Assembly: GCA_963716555.1 (NCBI GenBank)
Contig: CAVQTJ010000018.1
Span: 263,530 to 327,529 of the forward strand
From: an uncultured bacterium
GTDB lineage: Bacteria; Chloroflexota; Dormibacteria; Aeolococcales; Aeolococcaceae
DNA length: 64,000 nt
Reading direction: 5' to 3'
Both the position numbers and the translations under genes were made by a program. The notes below the pieces were generated by a model. The model saw only the letters and a program-made list of their open reading frames with translations. It searched no databases and was not told the DNA's origin. The stretch's first letter is position 1, and each line of letters begins with the position of its first letter. Shown in pieces: positions 61,555 through 64,000 of the stretch.

Positions 61555-64000
61555 ATGTCAAGCCTTCCCTTCGCCGAGCTGGCGGCCCGCTCCCACTACT
61601 CCTTCTTGGAGGGGTCGGCCTCGCCCCGGGACCTGGTGGCGGTGGCTGCACAGCTGGGAATCGCGAGCCTCGGCCTCTGCGACCGCAACGGCCTCTACGG
61701 GGCGGTCGCCTTCATGGAGGCGGCCCGCCGGGCCGGCATCCACCCGGTGGTGGGGGTGGAGCTGGACACCCTCGACGCCGGCCGCCTCCGCCTCCTGGCC
61801 CGGGGCCGCCGCGGCTACGGCCAGCTCTGCCGGGCGATCAGCGCCGCCCAGCTCGCCGGCGCCAAGGGCCAGCCCCGGCTGCGCATCGCCGGGCTCACCG
61901 ACCCCCAGCCGGATGGCGGCGGAGAGCCTGCGGAGGTCGGAGACGGATGGTCTGCAAGAGAGGAGGCACGGGGGTGCGTGCGAAGCGAAGGTTTGCCGAA
62001 GGCAGCAGATGCAATGCTGCCGAGGCAAGGGCGCCGATCGCCGGTCACGGCGATCGGACGCCCGGACCGTAGCGAAGCACCACCCCCGCGCCTCCAGCGG
62101 CGGCGTCCCACCCTGCCGCCACCCTCCCGCCCGCAGGCCCTCCGCCCCACCGCCGGTCCCTTCCCCGAGGGCTGGCCCTCGCTGGCCTCCACCCGGGAGC
62201 TGGTGGAGACCCCTCCCGCGCTGATCGACCCGGCGGAGCTCAATGATTGCGTGGCCATCGCGGGAGGCCCGGAGAGCGCGGTGGTCGAGGCGCTCGTGGC
62301 CGGTGACCGGCGGGGCGCCCGGCGCTTCGCCGAACGGCTTCGCGAATGCTTCGGTGAGGATCGGACGGCGCTCCTGCTCACCAACCACCTCCACCCCGCG
62401 GATCGCTGGCTCGCCGCCGAGCTGGTCGAGCTGGCGGCGAGCGCCGGGCTCCCCGTGGTCGCCGCCAACGCCCCGGTCCACGCCACCCGCGCCGACAAGC
62501 CGCTCCTCGATGTCCTCACCGCCATCCGCCACCGCACCACCCTCGACCGGGCCGCGGCCCATGGCCTCCTGCTCCCCAACTCCGAGCATCGCCTGCTCGG
62601 GGAGACCACCCTGCGCCGGCGGCTCGTCGCCCACCCCGAGGCCTTCGACTGCGCCTCACGGATCGCGGCGCAGTGCAGCCTCGACCTCGACCTCACCGAG
62701 GTGCGATTCCCGGGCTTTCCCGTCCCCGATGGCGAGACCCCGTTCTCGGTCCTCTACGCTCTGTGCCAGGAGGCGGTGCAGCGCCGCTACCACCCGCTCA
62801 CCCCCGAGGTGGCTCGCAGGCTGCAGACCGAGCTCGACGTCATCCAGCGGACCAATCTCGCTGAGTTCTTCCTGATCGTCCACGACATCATGGTCTGGGC
62901 TCGAGAGCATGGTGTGCCGGGGCAGGGGCGGGGCAGCGCCGCCGACTCCATCGTTGCCTACCTCCTGGGCATCACCCGGGTCGACCCGATCGCCCACAAC
63001 CTCCTCTTCGAGCGATTCCTCCACGTCGATCATCAGGGGACGCCGGACATCGACATCGACTTCTCCACCGACCACCGCGAGCAGGTGATCCAGCACGTCT
63101 ACGACAAGTACGGAGCGGAGCGGACCGGGATGGTGGCCAACGTGGTCACCTTCCGCCCCCGGCTTGCGGTCCGCGAGGTGGGCAGGGCGATGGACTTCCC
63201 GGAGACGATCATCGACCGCCTGGCCAGGGCCGTCGACGGCTGGCACGAGGGGGGCGTGAACGATGCCCTGGAGGTGGCCGGGCTGCGCTCTCACGTCGCC
63301 CAGGAATCCCTGCCCTGGCAGCAGTTTCTGGACATCGTCCGGGCCATCGAGGGGACCCCGCGCCACCTCTCCATCCATGTCGGCGGGATGCTGGTCACCG
63401 GCCAGCCGCTCACCGACGTGGTCCCGGTGGAGCGGGCCACCATGGAAGGACGGGTGGTGGTCCAGTTCAACAAGGACGACGTCGAGGACCTGGGCCTGAT
63501 CAAGATGGACCTGCTCGGACTGCGCACCCTCTCCGCGGTCGCCGAGTGCCTGGAGTTGATCGAGAGGACCCACGGCACCCGCCCCGACCTGGACAGCCTG
63601 AGCCTCGACGATCCGCGGGTCTACGACATGATCTGCGCCGTCGACACCATCGGCCTCTTCCAGATCGAATCCCGCGCTCAGCAGCAGTCGCTCTTCCAGT
63701 CCCAGCCTCGGGATTTCAACGACCTGGTGGTGCAGGTCGCGATCATCCGACCCGGACCCATCCAGGGTGACGCGGTGCACCCCTACCTGCGCCGCCGGCA
63801 GGGATTGGAGCCGGTCACCTACCTGCATCCCAGCTTAGAGCCAATTTTGTCTGAAACAAAAGGGGTCATCCTCTATCAGGAGCAGATCCTGCGCATCGTC
63901 ATGGAGGTCGCGGGGTACAGCGCCGGCGAGGCGGACCGCTTCCGGCGGGCGATGAACCGGCACCGCTCCCGGATGGAGATGCAGTCCCTGCACGACGAGT
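61555..64000 (+). CDS. dnaE2: Error-prone DNA polymerase III alpha subunit DnaE2/ImuC (3' end outside window)
   Basis: Frame open from ATG 61555: FAELAARSHYSFLEG, DRNGLYG, GRGSAADS, LLFERFL, PDIDIDF, PRHLSIHVGG, KMDLLGL, DTIGLFQIESRAQ, IIRPGPIQG. Confidence 0.94.
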   Translation, partial: MSSLPFAELAARSHYSFLEGSASPRDLVAVAAQLGIASLGLCDRNGLYGAVAFMEAARRAGIHPVVGVELDTLDAGRLRLLARGRRGYGQLCRAISAAQLAGAKGQPRLRIAGLTDPQPDGGGEPAEVGDGWSAREEARGCVRSEGLPKAADAMLPRQGRRSPVTAIGRPDRSEAPPPRLQRRRPTLPPPSRPQALRPTAGPFPEGWPSLASTRELVETPPALIDPAELNDCVAIAGGPESAVVEALVAGDRRGARRFAERLRECFGEDRTALLLTNHLHPADRWLAAELVELAASAGLPVVAANAPVHATRADKPLLDVLTAIRHRTTLDRAAAHGLLLPNSEHRLLGETTLRRRLVAHPEAFDCASRIAAQCSLDLDLTEVRFPGFPVPDGETPFSVLYALCQEAVQRRYHPLTPEVARRLQTELDVIQRTNLAEFFLIVHDIMVWAREHGVPGQGRGSAADSIVAYLLGITRVDPIAHNLLFERFLHVDHQGTPDIDIDFSTDHREQVIQHVYDKYGAERTGMVANVVTFRPRLAVREVGRAMDFPETIIDRLARAVDGWHEGGVNDALEVAGLRSHVAQESLPWQQFLDIVRAIEGTPRHLSIHVGGMLVTGQPLTDVVPVERATMEGRVVVQFNKDDVEDLGLIKMDLLGLRTLSAVAECLELIERTHGTRPDLDSLSLDDPRVYDMICAVDTIGLFQIESRAQQQSLFQSQPRDFNDLVVQVAIIRPGPIQGDAVHPYLRRRQGLEPVTYLHPSLEPILSETKGVILYQEQILRIVMEVAGYSAGEADRFRRAMNRHRSRMEMQSLHDE
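61962..62095. repeat. 134-bp palindromic element inside dnaE2
   Basis: Terminal inverted repeats GGAGGCACGGGGGTG / CACCCCCGCGCCTCC (14 of 15 match) enclosing two internal hairpins and GCGAAGC motifs. Confidence 0.7.

Noticed and set aside
61880-62220. Intein in DnaE2
   Set aside because: No C/S N-terminal block, no HN-C/S/T C-terminal junction and no homing endonuclease motifs; the insert is low-complexity

Overview
High-GC bacterial chromosomal segment. The lineage is an inference: Chloroflexota/Dormibacterota- or Actinomycetota-like, judged from the GAAC-N4-GTTC LexA box, many leaderless genes and the ilvBNC-leuACDB-cimA gene order. Core content: a branched-chain amino-acid operon with a Leu/Val/Ile leader-peptide attenuator; ilvD; a DAHP synthase-chorismate mutase fusion; gnd and a ROK kinase; hmgA with an aminotransferase; two tRNA-Ser genes; a PspC-type two-component locus; two membrane GGDEF-EAL proteins; and a LexA-boxed imuA-imuB-dnaE2 mutagenesis cassette interrupted by an antisense vapBC pair. 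dnaE2 runs off the right end. About seven genes carry single frameshifts, including ilvC; these are probably long-read assembly indels. The most interesting unannotated signals are (1) a Phe/Tyr-rich leader peptide with competing helices that can occlude the SD of the DAHP synthase gene, (2) a 134-bp palindromic cassette with terminal inverted repeats sitting in frame inside dnaE2, (3) an orphan TTGACA-N17-CATGAT promoter before a self-closing 78-nt structured RNA candidate between gnd and htrA, and (4) a tandem pair of paralogous Cys/His microproteins. No CRISPR array, rRNA or intact transposase/integrase was seen. All calls come from reading motifs by eye; no searches were run.
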